This document shows, piece by piece, positions 7,756 through 15,471 of a stretch of DNA of 28,384 nucleotides. The stretch lies in NCBI GenBank assembly GCA_050124875.1, contig JASFEK010000001.1:1-28384 (forward strand), in the 5' to 3' direction. This stretch comes from a candidate division WOR-3 bacterium. Its GTDB lineage: Bacteria > Hydrothermota > Tepidihabitantia > SM23-42. The first letter of the stretch is position 1; each line of letters starts with the position of its first letter. The position numbers were made by a program, and so were the translations under genes. The notes beneath the pieces were generated by a model. That model had not been told where the DNA came from. It saw only the letters and a program-made list of their open reading frames with translations, and made no database searches.

Positions 7756-9894
7756 TCACTCGATCGGGGGCGTGGGTACAACAGCACCCAGGATATCCAG
7801 GAGAAATGCATAATCAAAAGCAATCTCCCTCAAGTAATCATAGCGCCCCGAGGAACCGCCATGCCCGGCGCCCATATTGGTCTTCAGCAGCAACACATTA
7901 TCGTCGGTCTTGAACGCTCTTAATCTTGCCACCCATTTGGCTGGTTCCCAATAGCCGACGCGCGGGTCATAAAAACCAGCATAGACCAGCATGCACGGAT
8001 AATCCTGCGCCGTAACATTGTCATAGGGCGAGTACTCCAACATGTATTCGTAGTACTCTTTTTCATAAGGGTTACCCAGTTCAGTGTATTCAACAACGGT
8101 CAAGGGTATCGATGGATCGAGCAGGGTTGTGACAACATCGACAAAGGGAACATCCGCGATAGCCGCCTTGCAGAGTTCTGGACGCATGTTAACCACTGCC
8201 CCGATCAGTGTACCGCCAGCACTGCCGCCGTATATCGCCAGGTGTTCACTGCTTGTATAGGACTGGTTGATCAAATGTTCGGCACAGGCGATGAAATCCG
8301 TGAACGTATTCATCTTGTTGAGAAATTGCGCCTGGCGGTGCCAGTGTTTACCCATTTCGCTTCCGCCCCGTACGTGGGCGATCGCATACACGAAGCCCCG
8401 GTCGAGCAGGCTGAGCCGGTTTGAAGAGAAGTACGGCTCGTAGCTATGTCCATATGCACCGTACCCTGCCAAGACTAAAGGATCACTCCCATCCTTTCTT
8501 ATTCCCTTCTTGTATACCAAGGATATCGGAATCCAGGTCCCATCGTGAGCGCACGCCCATATCCGCTCCGAGCAGTAACCAGCCGGGTCGTGTCCACCCA
8601 ACACCTCGTACCTTTTCTTCAACTCGCGGGTGCGGGTTTCCATGTTGTAATCAAAAACCGAATACGGCGTCACCAGAGAAGTATACTCGAAGCGCAGCAT
8701 ATCCGAGGCGAACTCGGGGTTTGCACTCTTGAATATGGCGTAAGTGGGTTCTGGAAAATCAATATAGTGATCTGATTTTCCTTCCGGATCAAAGATACGT
8801 ATTCTCTGCAAACCGTTCTCGGTCTCATAGATCACTACTCGATTCTCGAATACTTCAAAACCCTCAATCGTCACCGAATCGCGGGACGGGATCAGGTCGC
8901 GCCAACCCTCAATGCCCGCGCCGACGACAGGAACCACCATCAATTTGAAATTCGGCGCGTTCCTGTTGGTCCGGACATAGAACTGCCCGGCCTGATGTTC
9001 AATGTAGTACTCGATACCTAGCTCGCGTCGCCGAAACACCTTGAATTCCGCCGAGGTTTTATCGGCTGAAGAGTAGTGAACCTCGCTCGTGTTATGGCTA
9101 GCCGGAATCACCAAGATGTATTTGTTATCTTTCGTGTTCTTTATGTCGATCCAAAAAGCCTCGTCCTCCTCATGGTATATCAGCCGGTCATCCACTTGAC
9201 GCGTGCCCAGAACATGCTGATACACCTTGAAGGGACGCTTTGCCTCATCCAAAACAGAGTAGTAGAAGTGTCGGCTATCATTCACCCACGCCACGTCATA
9301 ACCAGTGCGCTCCAACTTCTCCGCAAAAAGGGTGTCGGCAACGAGATCCTTGATATAAAGCGTGTAGCGCTCTGAACCTGTTGTGTCGATAGAATATGCG
9401 AGAAGCCGGTGATCAGGGCTGACCACAAATGCTCCCAATTCCATATACGCGTGTCCAGCCGCTAGATGGTTGAGATCCAAGAGTACCTGCTCTTCTTCAT
9501 CGAGACTGCCCTGCTTGCGGCAACGTATCGAGTATTGCTTGCCCTCTTCGGTCCGGGAATAGTAGTAGTATTCATCGATCTTGACCGGCACCGTAGCATC
9601 GGTCTCCTTGATGCGACCCAGCATTTCTTCATACAGCTCAACCTGCAGATTCTCAGTATGTTGCATCATCGCCCCGGTATATGCATTCTCTGCTTCCAGA
9701 TATTGAATCACCTCGGGGTCGCTGCGATCGTTGAGCCAGTAGTAAGGGTCGACACGAATGTCGCCATGTATCGTGTCCACTCTGGCTCTGATCTGGGCGA
9801 CCGGTGGAGAAATGTGCGCGGTGTCTGCCGGGCCTGCAAACAGCAGCCGCAGGAGAACGAACAACACCGTGCTGACAAATACAGTCCTTCTCAT
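7756..9894 (-). CDS. ptrB: Oligopeptidase B (S9A family) with an N-terminal signal peptide
   Basis: 712 aa. DPYYWL, GYGAYG, AHVRGGSEMG..W, catalytic GGSAGG / DPRV / AGHGG triad, VPFVDV. N-terminus MRRTVFVSTVLFVLLRLLFA. Confidence 0.95.
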   Translation of the reverse strand: MRRTVFVSTVLFVLLRLLFAGPADTAHISPPVAQIRARVDTIHGDIRVDPYYWLNDRSDPEVIQYLEAENAYTGAMMQHTENLQVELYEEMLGRIKETDATVPVKIDEYYYYSRTEEGKQYSIRCRKQGSLDEEEQVLLDLNHLAAGHAYMELGAFVVSPDHRLLAYSIDTTGSERYTLYIKDLVADTLFAEKLERTGYDVAWVNDSRHFYYSVLDEAKRPFKVYQHVLGTRQVDDRLIYHEEDEAFWIDIKNTKDNKYILVIPASHNTSEVHYSSADKTSAEFKVFRRRELGIEYYIEHQAGQFYVRTNRNAPNFKLMVVPVVGAGIEGWRDLIPSRDSVTIEGFEVFENRVVIYETENGLQRIRIFDPEGKSDHYIDFPEPTYAIFKSANPEFASDMLRFEYTSLVTPYSVFDYNMETRTRELKKRYEVLGGHDPAGYCSERIWACAHDGTWIPISLVYKKGIRKDGSDPLVLAGYGAYGHSYEPYFSSNRLSLLDRGFVYAIAHVRGGSEMGKHWHRQAQFLNKMNTFTDFIACAEHLINQSYTSSEHLAIYGGSAGGTLIGAVVNMRPELCKAAIADVPFVDVVTTLLDPSIPLTVVEYTELGNPYEKEYYEYMLEYSPYDNVTAQDYPCMLVYAGFYDPRVGYWEPAKWVARLRAFKTDDNVLLLKTNMGAGHGGSSGRYDYLREIAFDYAFLLDILGAVVPTPPIE

Positions 9895-9896
9895 GG

Positions 9897-10667
9897 TTAC
9901 TCCATTGCCGCGCGCAACTCGCGCACGAACTCCAGGTTCAGGCAGTGTGACGTATTCACGCCTTTTATTAATCCGTAAATTGGCTGCCTTATGACATAGA
10001 GGTCACCGAGCAAATCCAGTATCTTATGTCTCACCGGTTCATCGGCAAAGCGGAGCGGCGATGCTGAGTATGTATTCTTTCCGGTGATACCGATGCCGTA
10101 GGCTGGGATTCGTTGCAGGCGCGGATCGCCCTCTTCAGTGAAAACAAACGTCCTGGCGGTTGCGATCTCTTTAATGTATTCGGCCGCATCGATCTTCAAG
10201 GCCAGGTTCTGTTCTCCAATGTATTCATGCCGTAGAGTCATATCGACATGCAGTTCATCGGCCTCTAGCGGCGAATAGACAATCGAACTACAACCTTCCT
10301 TGACCACAATACACCTGTCTACCCTCACGCCCGGGAGAACATCACTGGCCAATTCCTTAAAGGCTTTCGCGAACTCTTCGCTCGAACCGTCGAAAAATGG
10401 TATTTCATTACCATATAGATCGATACGCACGTTGAAAATGTTCAGCGCGTGCAAGGCCGAGAAGAGATGCTCAACAACACGCAGCTGCTGTCGCCCACCA
10501 ACGGAAACCGTGTGATCATCGATCATGATGTTCTCAATGCAATAGTCGATTTTCAAACCCTGCTCGGCTCCGTTGTGTAGAAACAAGGCGAGCCGGTCAT
10601 CATTTCTGATTTCCAAATAGCTTTCGCCTCCGCCCAGGCAATTTCCGTGTAACCGAACAACATTCAT
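9897..10667 (-). CDS. lpxC: UDP-3-O-acyl-GlcNAc deacetylase LpxC (divergent, 256 aa)
   Basis: VEHLFSAL, EIPFFDGSS, IATARTF, FADEPVRHKILDLLGDL, SHCLN. ATGA overlap with lpxD. Confidence 0.9.
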   Translation of the reverse strand: MNVVRLHGNCLGGGESYLEIRNDDRLALFLHNGAEQGLKIDYCIENIMIDDHTVSVGGRQQLRVVEHLFSALHALNIFNVRIDLYGNEIPFFDGSSEEFAKAFKELASDVLPGVRVDRCIVVKEGCSSIVYSPLEADELHVDMTLRHEYIGEQNLALKIDAAEYIKEIATARTFVFTEEGDPRLQRIPAYGIGITGKNTYSASPLRFADEPVRHKILDLLGDLYVIRQPIYGLIKGVNTSHCLNLEFVRELRAAME

Positions 10668-11608
10668 GGTCCGACCCTGTTCCTTCTGTACAATCGTGCA
10701 ATTGCCCTAAGCACAGCACCGTGTTCACGCGCTGGCGTACCCGAGTACTTACGGCCTCGCTCAAGGGATTTAAAGACCCCGCTCTTGGCGTATACTATCA
10801 CATCATCTTCGACCTGCAGATGATCGCTGATCCCAACCTGACCGCAAATTACTACATTGTTACCGATGCGGGAACTGCCGGCGATACCTGATTGACCCAT
10901 GATAAGACAATTCTTGCCGATTCTTACATTGTGGGCAATATGCACCTGATTGTCGACTTTCGTACCCTCGCCGATGATCGTATTACCTATTGTGCCACAA
11001 TCCACCGTGACACTACTGCCTAGATCAACATAGTTCTCAACAAGCACCCCTCCGACATGCCGGATCCTCTCATACTTGTCGTGCTTGACATAGCCAAATC
11101 CCTCTTTGCCGATTACCGAATTCGCGCCGACGACCACGAATTTGCCGAGCTGTGTATGGGTGTAGATCACGGCATTTGGGTGTATGTGGCAATTATCACC
11201 AATCAATACGCCTCGATCAATATAGCTGTGTGCTCCGATGTACACGTTCCTGCCAATGATCGTGTTCGTCCTGATCGTGGCAAAGGCTTCCACTGTGCAG
11301 GATTTGGGCAGCTGTGCACCATCCTCGATATCTGCCTTGGGTGATATGCCTCGGGGCTGCTCAACCCGGGCCAGCGATTTGAGCAGACGATACATCGCCT
11401 CCTTGGTATCATTCACTATGATGCCGCTTTTCCCCTTCACCTGCATGGTGCTCACTACGGCACCGGCCTTGGTCTGCACCGACATGTCGAACAAGAAGGC
11501 AAGATCACCCTCCTGGGCCTCATCCGGAGGCAACACAGTTACTACTTCCATATCCCGGTATCCGTAGACAGCCCCGTCAACGAGGCTGCCAATCTCTTTC
11601 AATTTCAC
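10664..11608 (-). CDS. lpxD: UDP-3-O-acylglucosamine N-acyltransferase LpxD
   Basis: 314 aa, GTG start. N-terminal UBD (A.EGDLAFL), hexapeptide repeats, GKEGFGY, H.GGV.V...V.LG....VD, KVDNQVHIAHNVRIG, GQVGISDHL. Confidence 0.95.
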   Translation of the reverse strand: MKLKEIGSLVDGAVYGYRDMEVVTVLPPDEAQEGDLAFLFDMSVQTKAGAVVSTMQVKGKSGIIVNDTKEAMYRLLKSLARVEQPRGISPKADIEDGAQLPKSCTVEAFATIRTNTIIGRNVYIGAHSYIDRGVLIGDNCHIHPNAVIYTHTQLGKFVVVGANSVIGKEGFGYVKHDKYERIRHVGGVLVENYVDLGSSVTVDCGTIGNTIIGEGTKVDNQVHIAHNVRIGKNCLIMGQSGIAGSSRIGNNVVICGQVGISDHLQVEDDVIVYAKSGVFKSLERGRKYSGTPAREHGAVLRAIARLYRRNRVGP

Positions 11609-11613
11609 GGCTT

Positions 11614-11642
11614 ATCCTAATCGGATCTAACCGCATTGTCAA
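11614..11642 (-). promoter_or_regulatory. sigma70-type promoter for lpxD (leaderless candidate)
   Basis: Minus strand TTGACA (11642-11637), 17-nt spacer, TAGGAT (11619-11614), 5 nt (AAGCC), then GTG at 11608. Confidence 0.7.
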
Positions 11643-11646
11643 GGAG

Positions 11647-11697
11647 GGGACTGGCACCTGCAGGCAAACGGGACAGGCACCCGCCAGAGCCAGTCCC
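11647..11697. repeat. Short inverted and direct repeat between divergent promoters
   Basis: GGGACTGGC (11647-11655) / GCCAGTCCC (11689-11697) inverted; GGGACTGGCACC (11647) vs GGGACAGGCACC (11670) direct. Confidence 0.55.
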
Positions 11698-11725
11698 TTG
11701 ACACCTTGCCCATTATTCGTAAGAT
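11698..11725 (+). promoter_or_regulatory. sigma70-type promoter for the Mth938-Memo operon (leaderless candidate)
   Basis: TTGACA (11698-11703), 16-nt spacer, TAAGAT (11720-11725), 6 nt, then GTG at 11732; no SD. Confidence 0.75.
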
Positions 11726-11731
11726 AGTAGT

Positions 11732-12070
11732 GTGATTGAAGCGTATCAGTTTGGAGAAATTCGAGTCTCGGGCAAGAATTACCATAATGATGTTATCATA
11801 TACCCCGATCATATCGACTCAAAATGGTGGAGAAAACAGGGCCACACATTGGATATCGATGATATAAAGGAAGTAATCGACGCAGAACCAGACGTCATCA
11901 TCGTCGGTACTGGCCAGCCAGGAATGATGCGGGTGTCGGATGAAACACTCGCGAAGATGCGCGATATGAAAATTGAAATGATAGTCATGCCAACTGAACA
12001 AGCATGCAAGGAATTCAACCGAGTAGCATCTGAGAAAAAAGCCATCGCGTGTTTGCATCTCACATGCTAA
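11732..12070 (+). CDS. Mth938/AAMDC-like domain protein (DUF498)
   Basis: 112 aa. I..YQFGEI.V.G..Y..DVII.P, WWRKQGH, PDVIIVGTG..G.M, PTEQACKEFN, C-terminal HLTC. Confidence 0.88.
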   Translation: MIEAYQFGEIRVSGKNYHNDVIIYPDHIDSKWWRKQGHTLDIDDIKEVIDAEPDVIIVGTGQPGMMRVSDETLAKMRDMKIEMIVMPTEQACKEFNRVASEKKAIACLHLTC

Positions 12071-13509
12071 AGGAATTTCTGTTAAAGACCTTATTTATAG
12101 GAGTATTGCTCATGGCCCAGAATTGTGAAGGCATAGAATACCGCGCGTCACCCCACGCCGGTACTTGGTATCCGGGCACAAAACAGGAACTCGGTAAGAT
12201 GATCAAGACGTATTTGGATGGAGCCCGGGCCAAGACACACGGGGAGGTCATTGGATTGGTCGCACCACATGCCGGATATATCTATTCAGGACCAGTGGCT
12301 GCTTTTGCCTACAAGCAGGTCGAGGGTAAGCGCTTCGATGATGTCATCGTGATCGGACCCAGCCACCGCCACGGTTTCTTTGGTGCATCAGTGGACATGA
12401 TGGCCGGTCGTATGACGCCCCTTGGCAGTATCGATTTTGACCTCGAACTCGCCAAGCAAATCACCGAGCAAAACAAGGGTATCGACTATGAACCAGCCGC
12501 GCATGCCGCTGAACATTCGGTCGAGATACAGATGCCCTTTCTACAGGCTGTAATCGGGGATTTCAAGGCCGTAGAGATCGTAATGGGCTCGCAGGATTAC
12601 AAGACCTGCGAGATGCTAAGCCAGGCAATCGTAAGCGCTGCACAAGGCAAGAAGATATTGATCGTTGCAAGCTCTGATCTGTCCCACTACCATTCCCACA
12701 ATGAAGCGAAGGAACTGGACAATCTCGTCGTTGAAGCTGTAGCAAAATATGACCCTCAACTTTTGTATAATCGCTTCAAGACCGATAGTTGCGAGGCATG
12801 CGGCATCGGACCGATCATAACCGCGATGCTCGTCGCCCGGAACATGGGTGCAACGAAATCCAAGCCACTATACTACGCCACGAGCGGTGATATCACGGGT
12901 GACCACTCACAGGTCGTCGGCTACATGGCCGCGGCATTCTACAAAGGAGAAGATGTGACGATTGGTATCGACCTTGGTTTCAGCGCTAAAGAAAAGCAAA
13001 AACTCAAAGAGATCGCGCGTACATCGATTGAAGCAGCCGTGCAAGGGAAGAAACCTTCTGAGCCCACCGGCATCACCGGAAAGATCAAGGAACCATTCGG
13101 CGTTTTTGTCACCATTAACAAACACGGCAATCTGCGCGGTTGTATCGGCCGGATAATAGGTGATCAGCCATTATACCGCTCCTGCCAACAAATGGCGTAC
13201 GCCGCAGCCCTTGAAGACCCGCGTTTCCCTCCGATTACCCAAGAAGAATTGAAGGATCTGGACATTGAGATCTCGGTCTTGACGCCCCTACAAAAGGTTG
13301 AGAAGAAAGAAGACATCATCATCGGTCGCGACGGTCTGCTAATCCGTAAGGGGATGTATAGCGGCTTACTCCTGCCTCAGGTTGCCGCGGAGTACGGTTG
13401 GGACGTCGACGAGTTTCTCGCGCAAACATGTATCAAAGCTGGACTACCCACTGATTCCCTGAAATCAAAGGAGACAGAAATCTACCGCTTCTCAGCCGAA
13501 GTCTTTTAG
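12064..13509 (+). CDS. amrB: AmmeMemoRadiSam protein B (Memo) fused to protein A (AMMECR1 domain)
   Basis: ATG 12064 preferred (overlaps the upstream stop). Memo motifs AGTWYP, APHAGYIYSG, IGPSH, EHSVEIQMPFL, SSDLSHY, EACG, GDITGD..VVGY; AMMECR1 motifs GVFVT..K.G.LRGCIG, AALEDPRFPP, EISVLTP, GLLLPQVA, CIKAGL. Confidence 0.93.
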   Translation: MLKEFLLKTLFIGVLLMAQNCEGIEYRASPHAGTWYPGTKQELGKMIKTYLDGARAKTHGEVIGLVAPHAGYIYSGPVAAFAYKQVEGKRFDDVIVIGPSHRHGFFGASVDMMAGRMTPLGSIDFDLELAKQITEQNKGIDYEPAAHAAEHSVEIQMPFLQAVIGDFKAVEIVMGSQDYKTCEMLSQAIVSAAQGKKILIVASSDLSHYHSHNEAKELDNLVVEAVAKYDPQLLYNRFKTDSCEACGIGPIITAMLVARNMGATKSKPLYYATSGDITGDHSQVVGYMAAAFYKGEDVTIGIDLGFSAKEKQKLKEIARTSIEAAVQGKKPSEPTGITGKIKEPFGVFVTINKHGNLRGCIGRIIGDQPLYRSCQQMAYAAALEDPRFPPITQEELKDLDIEISVLTPLQKVEKKEDIIIGRDGLLIRKGMYSGLLLPQVAAEYGWDVDEFLAQTCIKAGLPTDSLKSKETEIYRFSAEVF

Positions 13510-13586
13510 CACTGAAGGCACTGAACGCGTATGCACCGAGGACACTAAACGACGAATGACCAATGACTCAGTGACTTAATGACAAT
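13510..13586. repeat. Degenerate short-period intergenic repeats
   Basis: CACTGAAGG-CACTGAA and CACCGAGGA-CACTAAA (period 9), then GAC at 13551, 13558, 13565, 13573, 13581 (period 7-8; AATGAC core). Confidence 0.5.
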
Positions 13587-13594
13587 ATATAGTT

Positions 13595-14281
13595 ATGCCT
13601 AGAAAGAAGAAGGAAAAGGTCTACATCGATCCTTTCGCTGATATGGGTTATGCAAAGATCGATCTGCACCGGGCAAAGCGAAAGGGTTTTCCCGAAGTTG
13701 TTTTCTGCGAAGGGAAAACAAAGCCACAAATCCTTGCGATCACTGCTAAGATATGTAAGGCGAATGAGATCGTACTCTTGACCAGAGTGAGTAAAGCGGT
13801 TGGCACCGTGTTGAAAAAGAAATACCCCAAAGGCAAGTACCACCCTGATGCAAGGATATTCCACATGGGCGCTGCGCGCAAGAAAAAGGGATTGATCTCT
13901 GTCCTGACCGGCGGTACTGCAGACATTCCTGTCGCCGAAGAAGCAGCGATAACGGCGGAAGTCATGGGCAGCCATGTGCAGCGTATCTATGATGTCGGCG
14001 TCGCCGGCGTACACCGCTTGCTTGCATTTCGAGAGAAGATAGAAGCATCAAGAGTCTTGATCATTGTCGCGGGTATGGATGGTGTTCTGCCATCGGTTGC
14101 CGGTGGCCTCTTCTCGAGACCGATCATTGCGGTACCGACAAGCGTCGGCTATGGGCTCAGCCTGCAGGGCATAACACCCCTGCTCACCATGCTCAATTCC
14201 TGCGCGCCTGGTGTTGCCGTTGTGAACATCAATAACGGATTCGGTGCCGGATACATTGCATCGATGATTAATCTCTTATGA
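13595..14281 (+). CDS. larB: Nickel-pincer cofactor biosynthesis carboxylase/hydrolase LarB
   Basis: 228 aa. AKIDLHRAKRKGFPEVVFCEGKT, GGTADIPVAEEA, DVGVAGVHRL, VAGMDGVLPSV, PTSVGYG, MLNSCAPGVAVVNINNGFGA. Confidence 0.95.
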   Translation: MPRKKKEKVYIDPFADMGYAKIDLHRAKRKGFPEVVFCEGKTKPQILAITAKICKANEIVLLTRVSKAVGTVLKKKYPKGKYHPDARIFHMGAARKKKGLISVLTGGTADIPVAEEAAITAEVMGSHVQRIYDVGVAGVHRLLAFREKIEASRVLIIVAGMDGVLPSVAGGLFSRPIIAVPTSVGYGLSLQGITPLLTMLNSCAPGVAVVNINNGFGAGYIASMINLL

Positions 14282-15432
14282 AAGCATTATATTTTGACCC
14301 GATCACTGGTATCAGCGGCGACATGCTACTTGCCGCCTTGATCGACCTTGGGGTAAAGAGATCTTATCTGAAAAAGCAATTGAGTTTCATCCCCGGATCA
14401 GAAATCCGTGTTGGCCGTGCTGACCGGCAAGGTGTCAATGCCCGCACGATCAGATTTCGCATCCGGAAGGAAATCAATGAAAAGCAATTCATCCCATTGA
14501 TCAAGAAGAGCAAACTCTCTCAGAGAATCAAGGCGCAGGCAATCACGATAATCGAAAAGATCTTCGCGGTCGAGAAAAAAGTCCACCACACTACTCATTT
14601 GCACCTACACGAACTCGCTGACGCAGACACGTTGCTCGACATCGTGGGTGTCCTCAGTGCGATTGATGCGCTGTCCGTGGATAGAATATTCACAAAACCG
14701 GTGAAAGCTGGTTCCGGGTTCATCAAAACGGCCGAGGGGCAGATGCCTGCCTTCAATTTTGCCACGGCCCAACTGCTCAAGGGATTCCCGGTAGAGTTCT
14801 TACCTATTCCTGCAGAGCTGACAACCCCGACCGGCGCGGCGATATTGAGCAGTATTGCCGAACCCAAAGAGAATCTCGTTATGTCCCGCATCACGGGGAT
14901 CGGCATGGGTGCCGGGTCAATGGATATCCCCGGATACCCTAATCTGCTGCGCGTGTTTCTTGGCGATCTACATCAAGATTTTACTGATGAGTGCCACATT
15001 ATCCAGACCAACATCGATGATATGAATCCCCAGGATTATGAGGTATTGTTCGAGAAACTATATTCAGCTGGCGCACTCGACGTATTCCTAACGCCGACCA
15101 TCATGAAAAAATCGAGACCGGGCATTCTCCTAACCGTGCTGTACCAGGGACGAGCAGACAATATTCTTGATACGCTATTCGTCCACACGACATCCATCGG
15201 TTTTCGTGTGAGCAGTACTGAACGGCTCAAGTTTAGCCGGAAAATCGTCAAATTCGCCTCGCCATATGGTAAGGTGGACGTCAAGATCATTGAATTCGAG
15301 AATAAACATAAATACTCGATAGAATATCGCGATCTCAAGCGCATCGCTGGCGAGCGGGGACGATCAGTCAATGAAATACGCACCGAGCTCGTGCAACTTT
15401 TCAAGAAAAAACGCGTAAAACATACAGAATGA
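14278..15432 (+). CDS. larC: Nickel insertion protein LarC (single uninterrupted ORF)
   Basis: 384 aa. YFD..TGISGDMLLAALIDLG, His-rich HHTTHLHLHEL..ADTLLDIVG, ELTTPTGAAI, TNIDDMNP, GALDVFLTP.IMKKSRPG, TTSIGFR, SPYG.V.VK, EYRD. Confidence 0.95.
   Translation: MKALYFDPITGISGDMLLAALIDLGVKRSYLKKQLSFIPGSEIRVGRADRQGVNARTIRFRIRKEINEKQFIPLIKKSKLSQRIKAQAITIIEKIFAVEKKVHHTTHLHLHELADADTLLDIVGVLSAIDALSVDRIFTKPVKAGSGFIKTAEGQMPAFNFATAQLLKGFPVEFLPIPAELTTPTGAAILSSIAEPKENLVMSRITGIGMGAGSMDIPGYPNLLRVFLGDLHQDFTDECHIIQTNIDDMNPQDYEVLFEKLYSAGALDVFLTPTIMKKSRPGILLTVLYQGRADNILDTLFVHTTSIGFRVSSTERLKFSRKIVKFASPYGKVDVKIIEFENKHKYSIEYRDLKRIAGERGRSVNEIRTELVQLFKKKRVKHTE
15392..15419 (+). promoter_or_regulatory. Candidate ECF-sigma (SigM/SigW-type) promoter inside the larC 3' end
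   Basis: TGCAAC (15392-15397), 16-nt spacer, CGTAAA (15414-15419), 52 nt upstream of the ECF sigma ATG. Confidence 0.5.
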
Positions 15433-15471
15433 TCTTCCCAGTGGCACTCCTGCACGATAAGGGCTGTTGAT

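Noticed and set aside
14278-15432. Programmed frameshift in larC, as in Lactiplantibacillus plantarum
   Set aside because: The ORF is continuous and contains both the N- and C-terminal LarC motifs.
11652-15452. TGGCAC hexamers (11652, 15442) as sigma54 -24 boxes
   Set aside because: No TTGC/GC -12 element at the required spacing.
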